A stretch of 64,000 nt of DNA from Fimicolochytrium jonesii. Taxonomy: Eukaryota. The notes below the pieces were generated by a model. The model had not been told where the DNA came from. It saw nothing but the letters and a program-made list of their open reading frames with translations, and ran no database searches. How positions within the stretch are numbered: position 1 is the first letter of the stretch; every line of letters starts with the position of its first letter. The translations under genes and the position numbers were made by a program. The stretch lies in the NCBI RefSeq assembly GCF_025526975.1, contig NW_026515680.1:248001-312000 (forward strand). The letters are read 5' to 3'. This document shows, piece after piece, positions 59,675 to 64,000 of this stretch.

Positions 59675-62600
59675 CTATACTTCCAGCCTGGATTTCTCCA
59701 CCACCGCCCCCCTCTTCCCGACGCCATCGATCAGATCCTTGATAAGCTCTATCATCACCGCTCCACTCCACGCCTGGGTCGCACAGCTACCCCCGCAGTA
59801 TGCACCGTCTCGGTTGGTTAGTTCGGGCAAACCGGCGTAGGGGCTCTCCGCGGTGTCGAGGATGTGGCGTTTGTGAGTCAGGAGCGTATGTTGGATGTAT
59901 TGATAGACTTCGTCGATCTGGTTTGCATTACGTGTGTAGTAATGATGCAATGTCAGATTGTTTTTGATTGCGGAGCATGAGATCTGAATCATATACCTTT
60001 GATGGGTCGTGTCCTGGCGCTTGCGTAAAGAAGTACAGATATGCACGGAGGAAGAATCCGAGTGGGTATACCCATTCCTGACAAACGCTAATGAGCCAAT
60101 ACCATTGATATGGAACTCGGAGGTTTCTGACAGCAACTTACCGGTCCTTGATGGTAGTTGGCGCCATGTGCCACGGCCCCGTCCGTGCCATCGTCGCTGT
60201 TGTCATACACGCCTCTGTATGCCCAATCGCCCGGGTCTAGCGTTTTGATACCCAAAGGCCCCACCAGTAACTCCTTTACGAGACCCAATGCGTGCCGGGC
60301 ATGATCTGGGTCGAACATCTCCGGCGCCTACATGTGCATTGATGTGAGGACATGAGTATGCAGCTGCAAGTATCTCTCCACGGACGTCCAATGCATTCTG
60401 TACGTACCACCACCATCGCCATAGGGAAGTTGGGCCTCAGTTGATAGTCCATGTAGTCGAGTGTCGCGCCAACAGTGTCGCGATATATACCCCTGCGCTG
60501 TACACCTCTAGAGGGCGTGTCTGGGACGGCCGTGTGTCGTGGAGCGGTATCTGCGAATAGTGTGAGGATGTTTCAAGGCACGAGGAACGACGAAAAAAAA
60601 CTAACGCGTGGGAATGTAGAAGTGTTCCTCAAACGCTTTGCCGAGTGTTTCGTTCCAATCCGCGTAGGAAACCGATCTTGATTTGCCCGTTGCATCTGCA
60701 AACAAACAACCGAGATCATCAGCGGTTGCGCGTGACATGGAGAACATCTAGAACCATTACCTCTAGCCACAACACTATCCCACTTCCACCACTCTCGTCC
60801 CTTTCCATCTCCCAACACGTCCTTGGCAACCCAGTTCAACGTTGCCTTGGCAAGCCCGACTATCTCCACCGCGGCGCCGTCCCGAGGTGTGCTCGGCACG
60901 CCTTTGTTTCCCGCCTTGTCCGAATCCCCCATCTTATCCATCCAAGTCCCACAATTCCACCTACTCCCACCCGTGACGATTCCACCTTTCTCCCAAGCCA
61001 CACCCGCGCGTACGTCAAACCCTTCGCTCCGCATCGCGTGATCGAGGTTTGTGCCGGCGTTCCATTCCCGGAACGATATACCCCACGCATGCCTTTCCAG
61101 AATCTCATGACAGAGCTGGGCGATGGTGTTTGAGTGCACGAACGCGCGAGCGGAATCGTTATACTCGCAGAATGTGTCGGCGTCCTTGTCGTTGTCGTCG
61201 TCGATGCCAACGGATAGGTAGTCGGGGTTCCTGTATCTTTTGAGCGGGACGAAACGGCGCGCAACTTTTACTCCGAGGAAGGCGTGCCCTTCGCTTGATG
61301 AACGACAATACTCCGCCACGCTGTGCAGCCACCACCATGCGGCGTCGCGGGCATTATACCGAGATCGCATGCCGCTGTCAAGGAGATTGGGAATTAGACC
61401 GTGTCGTAGCGTCGACCCGAACGCGATGATGTGCGCTCTTGCAGCATTGTCATGTCCGGGCTCGATGAAGAAACCGGGAACCGAGATGAATATGTCTCGA
61501 CCCCAGCATCGCATATACTGCGTAGCGAAATGTGTCAGACCCGCGGCTAATGCAAGACCTCGCTCGCTCCCCAGTGTCTCCGACGATCCGTTTCGCACCA
61601 GCGACGTTGGGTACGTCGACGGAACCAGTCCGGAAGATTTCACGACGCCTGTCATTTGGAAAGCCATCAGTAGGCAAGCGTTCAACAAAGCTTCCGTTGA
61701 CGACTTGTGCGACTCCGAAAAAGCAGCAGTCTTTTGCACGCGTGCACACATGTGGATGGCGCGGTATCGCAGTGCTTCGTACGCCGCGAAAATGACGATG
61801 GTGAAGTATTTGGGGAGGAACGATGGGGATGCCTCTTTGACGAGCGTGAGGCGGTCAACCAGCCAGTCTCGTAGGTCCGAGAGACCAGGGTATGCATCCA
61901 CTTGCCTAGATATCGAGTGTCAGCGCAAGAATTGGTATGATCGTTGATGATAGGCTTTCGGTAAACTTACTTGTCAAGCCGGCCAACTATGTAATCTATC
62001 ATCCACGGCCCATTGCGCAAATGAGAGAAGATAGCATGGCCCAGATCGTTCTTCCTGGCCACGGGATAAAGGGCTGAGACGAATCCCTGCAGTCCACAAT
62101 ATGGGAGCTTCCCATGTCCAGGAATATCATATGCGCCGTCCCCTGCAAGGTGGTGCATCAGCCGCCGCTTGAGAACCAGTAATCCAACTTGACCGCAGTG
62201 CACCTACCGCTCCAATCCTCCTCCTCTGCACTGCACCGGTACAAAGCCACATTGATATCACTTATCGTCAACCGTTCGGTAGCTTCCCATAATCCGGGGG
62301 GCCAGCTCAACCTATTCTCCGTGAACCACAGGTGCCCTGTGCTCAACACATCATTCCCCAACCTAATCATGCTCCTGTACCCCTGGTACGCCTCGTGTGT
62401 TCCCAACAGCCGCCACAGGCGAGTGTACAAGCCCGGCAATACGGGAGAATCGGTGGTCTTGCCTGGCATCATGACCACTGAAGTCTTGTACAAGACGATG
62501 GTTCCAGGCACAAAGCTTACGGGGTCGATAGTGATTGTCGTCTGCACATCGTCGTCACCATGCGGTGCCTGTTCTACGTATGTGAACGGGCTTTTGTTGG

Positions 62601-64000
62601 TTGATAATAGCAACTTGGAGGGTAGCACTGAAATCCGACCAACACTGTCGGCAAGTCCAGATACGGATTCAAAGGCGATGTGATCATGGTACATGGACCG
62701 AGGAGCTTGACCGGGCAAGACCGATTCGTTGCCCCTGTCATGGGGGTCGAATGGGTTGTGCTGGGGAGTGACGTTCCCCGGTGGGTCGGTGCCTACAGTC
62801 AACGTGGCCGCGAGGAGAAGTCCCGCCCGTTGGTTGAGTAGGACGATTGGAGCGTGAGCTTGAAGACGTGATGTTTTAGCAATTCGAAGCAGTAAAGACA
62901 ATATGAGATGCAGACTGGAAACCCACCATGATTTGAATGGTTTTTGTGAAATGCGCACCGTGCGATCAGAAGATACCCTTCGTGGGTAATGGGATGGATT
63001 CTATGTATCGAGAGGAACTGCAGGAACCTTAGCATACACACATGAAAGGGCGCTCACGCGAAGCACTTACGTCCTCATCCTGATTAACATGCAACTCCGA
63101 AAACCCATCCCTCGCCATGCTCTCATGCGCCTTATATAACACAGCCTTCGCAGGATGGATACCCTTCTCAAACTCCGGCTTGAAGTACTTTCGCGTCTCG
63201 TGGACGAGGTTAAGAAGCTCGGGAACAATCTCGTCGTACCCGAGCACGCTGCCTACGGCGCTGTCCGTCATGGCTACGATGGCGGCGTTGGGGAGGGTAT
63301 CCGCCGCGACGCGTTTTTGGTGAGGGGTTTCGTTGTCATGGGTGCTGTGTAGTCAATCGGTGAGCAACACCTCCACGGAACTTCAACTTCAGTTTGAAGA
63401 GTCTCACCAATCCATGAAGAGAGCGTGTGATGGAGAGCCTTTCAGCTCTACAAACAAGTCCTCGTGAAGATGCCCATGGCTGAGGCGGTCGGAAACATCA
63501 TGGCCAAGAAGCTCCAGCGGCAAATGTTCCGGATCGAGCGTCAGCGATCCTGACGAAAACCCAGGAACGAGGTCAACTTTACACCACATGCGCAGTGTCG
63601 TGATTCGTGACTGATGCGCTTACCCACAGGCTGGCCCCCAAACCGGTGCACAAGCCGACTCAACTCCTTCGAATCCCACGCATTCATCGCCTCTCTAATC
63701 AACGAATGAATCCCCAGCTTCGAGACAAACATGATATCCTTCTCCTCGGAACCCGAAAACAGCTCCGCAAAGACATAGATATCCGGATTCTCCTCCCTCG
63801 CCGCGTCCAGAAGCGCGCTGGCGACATGGATTGGGGTGGAGTGGCAGTTGTCTATTCGCAGGCCATTGAATGTCCGTGCCATTTTCTTGGTGTAGGCTTT
63901 CATGTGGTCCCAGAGCCAGGGGCTGTCTTCCTGCACACTTGTCAGATTGCAATCTCATTGGAAACGGGCACAATCCCTCCCTCTCACCGTCTTGCTCCCG
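59675..64000 (-). CDS. GDB1: Glycogen debranching enzyme, 3' part; gene continues beyond the window
   Basis: [114 protein letters not shown]. Confidence 0.97.

Overview
Gene-dense (about 25 genes in 64 kb) eukaryotic DNA with many short GT-AG introns. It is fungal, and probably from an early-diverging lineage such as a chytrid (inferred from gene content). Recognisable genes: MO25/Hym1, GH47 alpha-1,2-mannosidase, a hemerythrin-domain protein, an AA11-type LPMO, RPL9, calmodulin, RTF2, Ap4A phosphorylase, a DHX29/57-like helicase, NXT1, a CAMKK-like kinase, an SLC25 amino-acid-type carrier, a Nur1/Mug154-like protein, trimethyllysine dioxygenase, an importin-13/transportin-SR-like karyopherin, a PEX39-like protein, ORC3, a PuuE-like deacetylase, GNL1, THOC3 and the 3' part of glycogen debranching enzyme. 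The most unusual observations are: (1) a 703-aa fusion of His-rich tracts, LEA-like 11-mer repeats and a MAPEG membrane domain; (2) a roughly 150-170 bp element with a conserved hairpin shared by the enlarged first introns of two divergent, unrelated genes; (3) a secreted, block-repetitive polyampholyte protein that the ORF track misses; (4) a tRNA-Glu-like gene with intact stems but a 10-nt anticodon loop; (5) an amino-acid-type mitochondrial carrier close to trimethyllysine dioxygenase; (6) a nested hairpin downstream of MO25. Exon boundaries were read by eye and no database searches were run.
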